A stretch of DNA of 24,000 bases, taken from positions 9,832-33,831 of the forward strand of contig NZ_JAHZAX010000005.1 in assembly GCF_019423705.1 (NCBI RefSeq), given 5' to 3'. Made by a program: the position numbers and the translations under genes. Each line of letters begins with the position of its first letter. Positions within the stretch are counted from its first letter, which is position 1. The DNA comes from Ruminococcus sp. GTDB lineage: Bacteria; Bacillota; Clostridia; Oscillospirales; Ruminococcaceae. Below, piece by piece: positions 1-6,585 of this stretch. The notes beneath the pieces were generated by a model. The model saw nothing but the letters and a program-made list of their open reading frames with translations. It was not told the origin of the DNA and ran no database searches.

Positions 1-649
1 TGTCGTCATCGTCATAGAATACGATATCCTGCGTGTTTATGGTGGTGTCTTCCGTGATCTTCTTTGACTTTGATATCTGCGCCACAGCCTTGCTGATGCT
101 GTCAAGCTCGTTTTTCGGACCTTCAACAGTTATCTCGCTAGGCGTAACGTTTGTGTCCTTGAGGATATAGCCTTCCTCTGCGCTTATGAGCGGCGCTTCT
201 GCGGAAAGCGGAACAGTCTTTGTTGTAAGCCTGTCAAAATCCACCGATACCGTGTCAGGGGTAACAGAAACCACAGTCACTTTGTCGGTCGAATGTGTGG
301 ACTTGACCTCAATGTCAAGATCGTAAGTGCCTTCTTTTGTAACGCCGTCAAGATTGACGCTCGCCACAAGGTCGGAAGCCGTGTATCCGCCTATCTCATA
401 GTTCATACCCTTGATCTCAACGTCAACGGAAATATCCTTGTAATTGAGCGCCGAAAGCCCCTTGTCCTGAGCGGCCGTTCCGTCAAGAGAGAACACAACG
501 GGCACGTTTGTGATAGTCTTGTTTATTGTAGGATACTGAGTGATCGAAAGTGCGAACCAGATTATCACGGCAATGATTATCGAAAGTATCCTAAGTCCGA
601 AATCTGCGCCGTGCTTTCTTTCTTTTTTTGTCTTCTTTACTTTTTCCAT
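1..649 (-). CDS. cdaR: YbbR-domain protein CdaR (regulator of diadenylate cyclase), N-terminal part; gene runs off the left window edge
   Basis: Absent from the ORF track because it is open-ended. My minus-strand translation from ATG 649..647 reads MEKVKKTKKERKHGADFGLRILSIIIAVIIWFALSITQYPTINKTITNVPVVFSLDG...VTPDTVSVDFDRLTTKTVPL...VTPSEITVEGPKNELDSI. This gives a basic N-terminus, one TM helix, then repeated YbbR-type beta modules. The start overlaps the cdaA stop by 13 nt (ATGGAAAAAGTAA), matching the conserved cdaA-cdaR arrangement. Confidence 0.8.
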   Translation of the reverse strand, partial: MEKVKKTKKERKHGADFGLRILSIIIAVIIWFALSITQYPTINKTITNVPVVFSLDGTAAQDKGLSALNYKDISVDVEIKGMNYEIGGYTASDLVASVNLDGVTKEGTYDLDIEVKSTHSTDKVTVVSVTPDTVSVDFDRLTTKTVPLSAEAPLISAEEGYILKDTNVTPSEITVEGPKNELDSISKAVAQISKSKKITEDTTINTQDIVFYDDDD

Positions 650-1518
650 TTTGAAATCACCCTTCCTGCAAAAGAATTTTCTCTAATGGAATTAGCGTCC
701 TTCTCTGGGAGAAGTCTGTTGTCAAGAAGCTTTTTGAGAGAGTCCTTTGAATAACCTCTCGTAAGCTCGCCGTTCTCAGCCACGGAAATGTTGCCCGTCT
801 CTTCCGATACAACAACAACGATAGCGTCCGAGTTCTCACTCATACCGATAGCCGCACGGTGTCTTGAGCCAAGCTGCTTGTTGATAAGTTCGTCCTTCTG
901 CGGCCTCGGCAGAAAACAGCCAGCCGCAAGGATAATGCCGTCTCTTATGATAACAGCGCCGTCGTGAAGGGGCGTGTTCGGGAAAAAGATGTTGCCAAAA
1001 ATAGCAGGGGAGGGGATACAGTTGAGCACCGTTCCCGTTGCGATCTGTTCGCCAAGCTTTGTCTTTCTCTCGCAGATTATAAGCGCACCTGTCTTTGTGG
1101 AAGAAAGGTTTGAAGTAGCGTCGCATATAGCGTCGATAGCCTTGCGCCAATGCTCCGTGTTATCGTCCGAGTCGCCTGAGCTGAAAAAGCTGAAGCCCCC
1201 AAGACTTGTTCGGCCAACCTTTTCAAGCACACGCCTAAGCTCAGGCTGGAAAAGAATGATAAGAGCGATGAAGCCCCATTGGAAACAGGTCTTGAGCAAA
1301 AATCTGATAGTTTGCAGATTGAAAAAGACAGCCAGCAAATAGCAGCCGATGAGGATAAGTATACCCTTTGTGAGCTGCTGCGCCCTTGTCTCACGAATAA
1401 GCTTTATACCGTGGAATATGAGAAAGGAGAGGATAGCTATATCGACAATGTCATTAATGCCAATTGATTTAAAAACGCCCCATACAGCGTTCAAAACGTA
1501 AGCGATACCGTCCAGCAT
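637..1518 (-). CDS. cdaA: diadenylate cyclase CdaA (c-di-AMP synthase; three N-terminal TM helices plus DAC/DisA_N domain)
   Basis: 293-aa ORF with a hydrophobic N-terminal third. DAC-domain motifs are TGALIICERKTKLGE, PLHDGAVIIRDG, LGSRHRAAIGMSE and VVVVSEETGNISV. It is followed by cdaR. Confidence 0.93.
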   Translation of the reverse strand: MLDGIAYVLNAVWGVFKSIGINDIVDIAILSFLIFHGIKLIRETRAQQLTKGILILIGCYLLAVFFNLQTIRFLLKTCFQWGFIALIILFQPELRRVLEKVGRTSLGGFSFFSSGDSDDNTEHWRKAIDAICDATSNLSSTKTGALIICERKTKLGEQIATGTVLNCIPSPAIFGNIFFPNTPLHDGAVIIRDGIILAAGCFLPRPQKDELINKQLGSRHRAAIGMSENSDAIVVVVSEETGNISVAENGELTRGYSKDSLKKLLDNRLLPEKDANSIRENSFAGRVISKWKK

Positions 1519-1584
1519 ATTTCACACCCTTTGCAATTTATTAGTAAATGCGCCGTCAAAGCGCAAGAATATTCACTTATAAAT

Positions 1585-1613
1585 AGTATATCATATTTTA
1601 TTAAAAAGTACAA
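1585..1613 (-). promoter_or_regulatory. sigma-A type promoter for cdaA-cdaR
   Basis: Minus strand reads TTGTAC, 17 nt, TATACT (plus coordinates 1608-1613 and 1585-1590), about 70 nt upstream of the cdaA start. Confidence 0.45.
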
Positions 1614-1676
1614 GGGCAATAGCGAATTTTTTTTACATTTTTATTTGCCTTGCACAGCATTTTCAGAACAACAAAA

Positions 1677-1706
1677 AAGGACAGACCCGAAAGTCTGCCC
1701 TTAAAA
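1677..1706 (-). terminator. intrinsic terminator of the SDR gene (hairpin GGGCAGAC/GTCTGTCC plus U-tract on the minus strand)
   Basis: Minus-strand RNA reads AAGGGCAGAC-TTTCGG-GTCTGTCCTTTTTTGTTG. The stem has a G-U pair on the minus strand but an A-C mismatch on the plus strand, so it is built for minus-strand transcripts. Confidence 0.6.
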
Positions 1707-1741
1707 ATTGCTATTTTGCTTTTGCACAGTCGTATGTCAAC

Positions 1742-1765
1742 GGGCGAACGCTGTTCGCCCCTACA
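1742..1765 (-). repeat. REP-like element, CGAAC-stem variant (TGTAGGGGCGAAC-agc-GTTCGCCC)
   Basis: GTAG box immediately 5' of a perfect 8-bp GC hairpin, read on the minus strand. The 3' flank CGTTCGCCCGTT is shared with the copies at 12995 and 20722. Confidence 0.7.
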
Positions 1766-1787
1766 TATAAACAGCGTATTTACGCCA

Positions 1788-1817
1788 ATTGTAGGGGACG
1801 GCGTCCTCGACGTCCCA
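1788..1817 (+). repeat. REP-like element, 30-mer ATTGTAGGGGACGGCGTCCTCGACGTCCCA (copy 1 of 3 identical)
   Basis: Identical 30-mer at 1788-1817, 3892-3921 and 13068-13097. It has a GTAG box plus GGGACG...CGTCCC arms. Related flanks extend to ...TTTTTCAACAAGCT. Confidence 0.8.
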
Positions 1818-1844
1818 CTTTTGTCGGACTTTTTCAACAAGCTG

Positions 1845-1874
1845 AAGGACAGACCCGAAAGTCTGCCCTTAAAA
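1845..1874 (-). repeat. second perfect copy of the 30-nt terminator-hairpin module, lacking a U-tract
   Basis: AAGGACAGACCCGAAAGTCTGCCCTTAAAA is identical to 1677-1706. This copy sits 10 nt after the SDR stop but is followed (minus strand) by CAGCTTG rather than a T-run. Confidence 0.75.
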
Positions 1875-1883
1875 TTCTGTTTA

Positions 1884-2642
1884 TTACAGCGTGCTGCCAA
1901 AGTCGGAAATGATTATCTGTCCCGTGATAGCCCTTGATTCGTCGCTTGCCAAAAACAGCAAAATGTTCGCAACGTCCTCAGGCATACAAGGCTGAGCCTT
2001 GAGATCATTGTGTGTCATCATTGCGCCGAACATATCCTTGTCAAGATTAGCAGCGTTCATTCCTGCAACCATCGGCGTAACGATAGTGCCCGGGCAAACA
2101 GCGTTGAAGCGTATGTAATCCTTTTGGAATCTAAGCGCAGCGTGCTTTGTAACGCCAATTATAGCCGCCTTTGATGAAACATAAGCCGCACCGCCGCAGC
2201 CCATTGCGCCTGCAACGGAAGCCACGTTCACGACGGAAGAGCCTGCCTTCATTCTCTTTGTGGCAGCCCTCATAACCTTCATCGTGCCTTTTTGATTTGT
2301 CTCAACGATCCTGTCAAGATCCTCGTCAGTAAACCTGTCGATGGGCTTTAACCCCTCTTCAAGAATACCAGCATTGTTTATGAGAACATCTATCTTGCCG
2401 AACTTTTCCATTACGGTCTCCATAAGCTTCTCAGGATCTTCGCCCTTGGAGATATCTGTCGGTACAGCAAGAACAGTTCCGCCGGCAGCGGTTATCTCAC
2501 CTGCAACATTGTCAAGCGCTTCTTTTCTTCTCGCCGTGATAACAACAGTTGCGCCCTCTGCCGCAAAAAGCTTAGCAGTTGCAGCGCCAACGCCCGAATT
2601 TCCGCCTGTGATAACGGCAACTTTACCTTTTAAACGATTCAT
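1884..2642 (-). CDS. short-chain dehydrogenase/reductase (SDR) family oxidoreductase
   Basis: MNRLKGKVAVITGGNSGVGAATA contains the TGxxxGxG cofactor motif. NNAG and YVSSK (YxxxK catalytic motif) are also present. I chose ATG 2642 with AAGGAGG 8 nt upstream rather than the ORF-track start at 2693. Confidence 0.9.
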   Translation of the reverse strand: MNRLKGKVAVITGGNSGVGAATAKLFAAEGATVVITARRKEALDNVAGEITAAGGTVLAVPTDISKGEDPEKLMETVMEKFGKIDVLINNAGILEEGLKPIDRFTDEDLDRIVETNQKGTMKVMRAATKRMKAGSSVVNVASVAGAMGCGGAAYVSSKAAIIGVTKHAALRFQKDYIRFNAVCPGTIVTPMVAGMNAANLDKDMFGAMMTHNDLKAQPCMPEDVANILLFLASDESRAITGQIIISDFGSTL

Positions 2643-2698
2643 ATAAAAAAGTCCTCCTTGTCTAACTTTTATATAAGTTTTCAACTCATACAATGCAA

Positions 2699-2727
2699 AT
2701 TATACAATATAAACATCAGTTTGTCAA
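2699..2727 (-). promoter_or_regulatory. consensus sigma-A promoter for the SDR gene
   Basis: Minus strand reads TTGACA, 17 nt, TATAAT (plus 2722-2727 and 2699-2704). Confidence 0.6.
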
Positions 2728-2756
2728 GAGCAACTTTCTGATAGTGTCAACGCTCT

Positions 2757-2780
2757 TGTAGGGGCGACCTGTGGTCGCCC
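2757..2780 (+). repeat. REP-like element, CGACC-stem variant (TGTAGGGGCGACC-tgt-GGTCGCCC)
   Basis: GTAG box plus a perfect 8-bp hairpin, 35 nt downstream of the BSH-like gene stop. It is the exact reverse complement (23 nt) of 3847-3869. Confidence 0.75.
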
Positions 2781-2814
2781 GCCCTCGATACGTCTGTGAT
2801 ATGAGAAATTCGTG

Positions 2815-3789
2815 TCAATTCTGATAATCTATCTTCTCCACCGTGAGCATAGGATACCTGTAAAGCTCGCCGCTGTCAAGTCCGACCCTGTGCATATCCA
2901 CCGCCGATATCTGATGACCGTCATAAGTGGTGTAGTAATAAATGCCCTTGTCAGCGTTGCAGCAGCTTGTGTATATCGTTATCTCAAACTTGCCCTCAGC
3001 CACCTCGCAGCAGCCCCTCTGCTGATCTACCGAGCCAAGAATGTGGAAAAACTGGCTCACGCTCTCTTCCTCAGAGCTTCCCGAGCGTGAATTCATCTTC
3101 ACATAAGCCGCCCTAACAAATCTCGATTGTGACGAAAGATCGCCCGGCAGACCCATTGCGCCCATTCCACGGCTGTAAGCCGTAAGTTCCAGACCCTCGC
3201 CAAAAGTGTTTGCAGGCTGCTTGGGAGAAAGCCCCATAAAGTCTTTGAGCCTGAACATCTGCATATCAAATGGCGGATTGTTTGTGAGCACCCCAACAGG
3301 GTCGTCATAAACCTTGATGCCCTCTTTCACCGATTCCACCACGATACATTCGTCCCTGTCCGCAATTATCCAATGAAGCTGCCCAGCAGGCATTTGCGGA
3401 CTGAACGTCGTCTTTGTAATGTTGATATTCCCGATAAGCGCCCTCGCTTCTTTCACATTTGCACACTTGCTCAGTATCCAAGGAATAAACTCAAACTGCG
3501 CCACATTGTCCTTGCCCTCGATATCGTCACGATAATAAGCATTGCCCACAAAGTTTAGCCCTGCCATGCAAAGCCCTTTCTCGTTTGCAGCGTCATAAAA
3601 CAGGGGATACCCGCCGGCAACGTGTGCAACGCCTATCACCGCATAATGATCTGCGACCCTGCCCATATTAATAAAGTCCAAAGGGAACTCCCTCGGCATA
3701 ATAACTATCTCCTCGCCGTAGGAGCTTTCGTAATCGAGGGTTCGTCCAAAGTAAAAATCATCAGTCTTGTATGTTGCCGCCGTGCACAT
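2815..3789 (-). CDS. choloylglycine hydrolase family Ntn-hydrolase (bile salt hydrolase / penicillin V acylase-like)
   Basis: Begins MCTAATYKTDDFYFGRTLDYE, with the Cys2 nucleophile exposed after Met removal. Length is 324 aa. A GGAGG RBS is present. Family-typical segments include FGRTLD, NEKGL and NNPPF. Substrate (bile salt or other amide) cannot be told from the sequence. Confidence 0.85.
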   Translation of the reverse strand: MCTAATYKTDDFYFGRTLDYESSYGEEIVIMPREFPLDFINMGRVADHYAVIGVAHVAGGYPLFYDAANEKGLCMAGLNFVGNAYYRDDIEGKDNVAQFEFIPWILSKCANVKEARALIGNINITKTTFSPQMPAGQLHWIIADRDECIVVESVKEGIKVYDDPVGVLTNNPPFDMQMFRLKDFMGLSPKQPANTFGEGLELTAYSRGMGAMGLPGDLSSQSRFVRAAYVKMNSRSGSSEEESVSQFFHILGSVDQQRGCCEVAEGKFEITIYTSCCNADKGIYYYTTYDGHQISAVDMHRVGLDSGELYRYPMLTVEKIDYQN

Positions 3790-3846
3790 TTATATCAGCC
3801 TCCGTTTATTTCTTGTAACAGAATGTCAAAAAGCAGCAAAATAATT

Positions 3847-3869
3847 GGCGACCACAGGTCGCCCCTACA
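3847..3869 (-). repeat. REP-like element, CGACC-stem variant (inverted partner of 2757-2779)
   Basis: GGCGACCACAGGTCGCCCCTACA is the reverse complement of TGTAGGGGCGACCTGTGGTCGCC. It lies in the 5' leader region of the BSH-like gene. Confidence 0.75.
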
Positions 3870-3891
3870 TAAAAATTGCTTATTTAAGCAC

Positions 3892-3921
3892 ATTGTAGGG
3901 GACGGCGTCCTCGACGTCCCA
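3892..3921 (+). repeat. REP-like 30-mer, copy 2 of 3
   Basis: Identical to 1788-1817 and 13068-13097. Together with 3847-3869 it forms an inverted REP doublet (REPIN-like) with a 24-nt spacer. Confidence 0.8.
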
Positions 3922-3967
3922 TTTGTTTGACGCTTTTTTAACAAGCTCTACTTTTATCTTTAATAAT

Positions 3968-3996
3968 AATATACCACTATTTCAGTATAAAATCAA
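3968..3996 (-). promoter_or_regulatory. candidate promoter of the BSH-like gene (would place both REPs in a leader of about 170 nt)
   Basis: Minus strand reads TTGATT, 17 nt, TATATT (plus 3991-3996 and 3968-3973). I found no better promoter between the REPs and the RBS. Confidence 0.4.
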
Positions 3997-4014
3997 TACA
4001 TATCTGAAAATATG

Positions 4015-4043
4015 TTGACTTATGTCAAAAATATTGCTATAAT
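4015..4043 (+). promoter_or_regulatory. sigma-A promoter of cls
   Basis: TTGACT (4015-4020), 17 nt, TATAAT (4038-4043). It is divergent from the BSH promoter. Confidence 0.6.
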
Positions 4044-4091
4044 ATTTTAAAACAACAAAATGTGGCAAGCTCCAAGAAAGGAGGAACACCT

Positions 4092-5627
4092 TTGACCTGT
4101 TCCAATGTGAAGAAGATTTTTTTCAGAGTTATCGCCGTTATCGTTCCCGTTGCGGTGCAGTTTCTTTGGTATCTGTTGATACTCAAATGGCTCAGCAAAG
4201 CCGCAGGCCTGCTCACCATCGTGCTGACAGTTCTTGCATTTATTTTTGTGCTGTATATAAATACCAAGCGTGAGGAAAGCAGCTATAAGACCCTTTGGCT
4301 TATCGTTATCCTGACCCTGCCTATGCTGGGCGCAGTAATGTATATAATTTTCGGCAATAATAACACCGCCAAAAAGCTTGAAAGGAGCATTATCAAAGCC
4401 AAACTTCATATGCTCCACTATGACCTGCCCGACGGTGATAAATGCCTTGAACACCTACGCCGAGAGGACAAGCGCTTTGCTCAGTCCGTGGCAAGAATAA
4501 GCAAAGCCACAGGCTTTCCAATGGTGAAGCTTGGCAGCGCAGAGTATTTCCCCATTGGCGAGGATATGTTCGCCGATATGTGCAAAGAGCTTGAAAAGGC
4601 TGAAAAATACATCTTCGCCGAGTATTTTATCCTGCAAAACGGCAAATTCCTCAATACAGTCGTCGATATTATGGCAAGAAAAGCCGCCCAAGGCGTTGAC
4701 GTCAGAATTATGTATGACGACCTCGGCAGCATTGCAACATACTCACTTGCCGACGCCTTAAAGCTTGGCGAAAAGGGCATAAAGTGCGTGCCCTTCAACC
4801 CGTTCCTGTTTATAAAATCCCAGCTCAACAACCGTGACCATAGAAAAATAATGGTAATAGACGGCAAAGTAGCATACAGCGGCGGAATAAATCTCTCCGA
4901 TGAATATATAAACATCGGCTCAAAGTACGGCCATTGGAAGGACATCGGCTTTAAGATAACAGGCGACGGCGTAAAAAGCTATACCTATATGTTCATCGAA
5001 TTTTGGAACGCTTTTTCAAACGATATTATTCCAATGGAACTTGTGAGCGACACATTTGAATCAGAATACAGCGGCAAGACCGACGGCTACGTCCTGCCAT
5101 ATTATGATTCACCAATGGTCAGCGACAATGTCAGCAATACCTTTTTCTCTGAGATACTCTATGCCGCCACAGACTATGTGTGGTTCTATACCCCATATCT
5201 TATGTTAGGCGACAGCCTTTTTGACGCCTTTATCAGAGCCGCCCAGCGTGGCGTTGACGTGCGTATCATAATGCCTGGAATAGCTGACAAAAAGGTAGTT
5301 TTCCGCCTGTCAAGAAGCTATTACCGCCAGCTTATCGAAGCAGGCGTAAAGATTTACGAATACACTCCCGGCTTTGTCCACGCAAAGGGCTGCATATGCG
5401 ATGATAAGCTTGCCGTCCTCGGCTCGGTCAATCTTGATTACAGAAGCCTTTTCCTGCATTTTGAGTGCAGTTCTATCTTCTATGACTCGTCGATCATCGA
5501 CACCTTCAAGGCCGATATCCTCGACACCCAAAGCAAGTGCCGTCAGCGCACCCTAGAGGATACAAAGTCCAACCTCTTTAACCGCCTTATCGACGGAATT
5601 TTGAGGATATTCGCACCGTTGTTGTAA
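4092..5627 (+). CDS. cls: cardiolipin synthase (two PLD/HKD domains, two N-terminal TM helices)
   Basis: HKD motifs are HRKIMVIDGKVAYSGGINLSDE and HAKGCICDDKLAVLGSVNLDYRS. The start is uncertain. TTG 4092 lies 8 nt after AGGAGG; the track uses GTG 4062; GTG 4107 is also in frame. Confidence 0.9.
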   Translation: MTCSNVKKIFFRVIAVIVPVAVQFLWYLLILKWLSKAAGLLTIVLTVLAFIFVLYINTKREESSYKTLWLIVILTLPMLGAVMYIIFGNNNTAKKLERSIIKAKLHMLHYDLPDGDKCLEHLRREDKRFAQSVARISKATGFPMVKLGSAEYFPIGEDMFADMCKELEKAEKYIFAEYFILQNGKFLNTVVDIMARKAAQGVDVRIMYDDLGSIATYSLADALKLGEKGIKCVPFNPFLFIKSQLNNRDHRKIMVIDGKVAYSGGINLSDEYINIGSKYGHWKDIGFKITGDGVKSYTYMFIEFWNAFSNDIIPMELVSDTFESEYSGKTDGYVLPYYDSPMVSDNVSNTFFSEILYAATDYVWFYTPYLMLGDSLFDAFIRAAQRGVDVRIIMPGIADKKVVFRLSRSYYRQLIEAGVKIYEYTPGFVHAKGCICDDKLAVLGSVNLDYRSLFLHFECSSIFYDSSIIDTFKADILDTQSKCRQRTLEDTKSNLFNRLIDGILRIFAPLL

Positions 5628-5640
5628 GACTAAACACCAA

Positions 5641-5680
5641 AGCTGCAATTTTCGCTTATGAAAAGTTGCAGCTTTTTTTT
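5641..5680 (+). terminator. intrinsic terminator of cls
   Basis: AGCTGCAATTTTC-gcttat-GAAAAGTTGCAGCT followed by TTTTTTTT. Confidence 0.75.
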
Positions 5681-5753
5681 GTACACCCCGCCCAACCCAA
5701 AACATCTCAACGCCCACTATCTTATGCACATTGCAGAAATCCCCGCACCCCCA

Positions 5754-5782
5754 TTGACAACCGCATAAAAGTATGGTAACAT
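5754..5782 (+). promoter_or_regulatory. promoter of the TetR gene
   Basis: TTGACA (5754-5759), 17 nt, TAACAT (5777-5782). The -10 element overlaps operator palindrome 1. Confidence 0.45.
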
Positions 5783-5811
5783 AACATTGTTATCAAAGAT
5801 AACAGCGTTAT
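5781..5811. promoter_or_regulatory. two tandem 13-bp palindromic operators, ATAACAttGTTAT and ATAACAgcGTTAT
   Basis: Perfect 5-bp arms ATAAC/GTTAT at 5781-5793 and 5799-5811, 18 bp centre to centre. They sit at or just after the -10 of the TetR gene. Confidence 0.6.
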
Positions 5812-5831
5812 GCAGAAGGAGGGTCAGAGAA

Positions 5832-6509
5832 GTGAAAGCAGATAAGGAAACAAAGGAAAAGCTCCTTGAAAGCGCAAAGAAAGAGTTCCTCGAAAAAGGC
5901 TATAATAAAGCCTCCCTGAGAAAGATCTGCGCCGACGCCGATTGCACAACAGGCGCTTTGTATTTCTTCTTTGAGGATAAGGAAGACCTCTTTGACTCTA
6001 TCGTCCGCAAGCCTTTTGAAGAGCTTTCCGCAATAGTCGATAAGCACGTCGAGGACGATATCGAACTTCTTGGCAAGCCAAACGCCTATGAGCAGGAGGA
6101 CGGCGACCACGACGACCTTGTGAAAAATCTCGTCCACCACCTCTATGCAAATCGTGACGCTTTTATGCTGCTGATAAATAAGTCCAACGGCACGTCATAT
6201 GAAAACTGCGTTGACGGACTTGTTGAGGAAATGGAGCAGGGCTACCGTGCAATGGCGGAAAGTATGATAAAAAATATCCCCGGCGCAAAAATAAACGATT
6301 ATATGGTGCATTGGCTCACCCATTTGTCTATCGAGTCGTTCACCCATTTGCTGGATCACGAGACCGACGAGGCCAACGCTATAATCTATATGAACAGCAT
6401 AATGGATAATCTGGTCAAAAGCTGGTTCGAGCTTATCCTCACCCCAACAGCCGATGATTTGGCGAAAATGCAGGCTGAAAATTCTGATAATAAAACACAA
6501 AACAAGTAA
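5832..6509 (+). CDS. TetR/AcrR family transcriptional regulator
   Basis: N-terminal HTH reads KEKLLESAKKEFLEKGYNKASLRKICADADCTTGALYFFFEDKEDLF. I chose GTG 5832, 8 nt after AAGGAGGG; the track start at 5787 would read through the operators. Confidence 0.88.
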   Translation: MKADKETKEKLLESAKKEFLEKGYNKASLRKICADADCTTGALYFFFEDKEDLFDSIVRKPFEELSAIVDKHVEDDIELLGKPNAYEQEDGDHDDLVKNLVHHLYANRDAFMLLINKSNGTSYENCVDGLVEEMEQGYRAMAESMIKNIPGAKINDYMVHWLTHLSIESFTHLLDHETDEANAIIYMNSIMDNLVKSWFELILTPTADDLAKMQAENSDNKTQNK

Positions 6510-6513
6510 ACAA

Positions 6514-6537
6514 AAGCCGTCTGCGATACGGCTTTTT
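6514..6537 (+). terminator. short intrinsic terminator after the TetR gene, possibly leaky
   Basis: AAGCCGT-ctgcgat-ACGGCTT followed by TTTT. Confidence 0.5.
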
Positions 6538-6550
6538 ACATAACGCTGAC

Positions 6551-6563
6551 ATAACACTGTTAT
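6551..6563. promoter_or_regulatory. third operator palindrome, ATAACActGTTAT, upstream of the ABC operon
   Basis: Same ATAAC-N3-GTTAT palindrome as at 5781 and 5799. It overlaps a possible extended -10 (TGtTATGCT, 6558-6566) and lies 8 nt before the RBS TAGGAGG. Confidence 0.55.
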
Positions 6564-6585
6564 GCTGCAATAGGAGGTAAAGACA

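Noticed and set aside
293-754. 153-aa plus-strand ORF in the track
   Set aside because: It lies antisense across cdaR and the cdaA 3' end. It has no RBS, and the low-complexity translation is typical of a shadow frame of genuine minus-strand genes.
1601-1937. Two overlapping ORFs (99 aa on -, 95 aa on +) in the cdaA-SDR spacer
   Set aside because: They read straight through the REP doublet and both terminator hairpins. The recurring peptide strings (IVGDGVLDVP on +, GTSRTPSPT on -) simply translate the repeat. The ORFs at 3622-3930, 12907-13098 and 20989-21231 are rejected for the same reason.
2643-2693. Longer N-terminal extensions given by the ORF track (SDR 2693, TetR 5787, ATPase 12863, dprA 18240, purA 20530, tepA 22674)
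   Set aside because: In each case a downstream ATG or GTG is preceded at 7-11 nt by a GGAGG-type RBS. The extension would also cover that RBS, a promoter or an operator. The family N-termini (for example MNRLKGKVAVITGG and MVRAIVGANWGDEGKG) begin at the shorter start.
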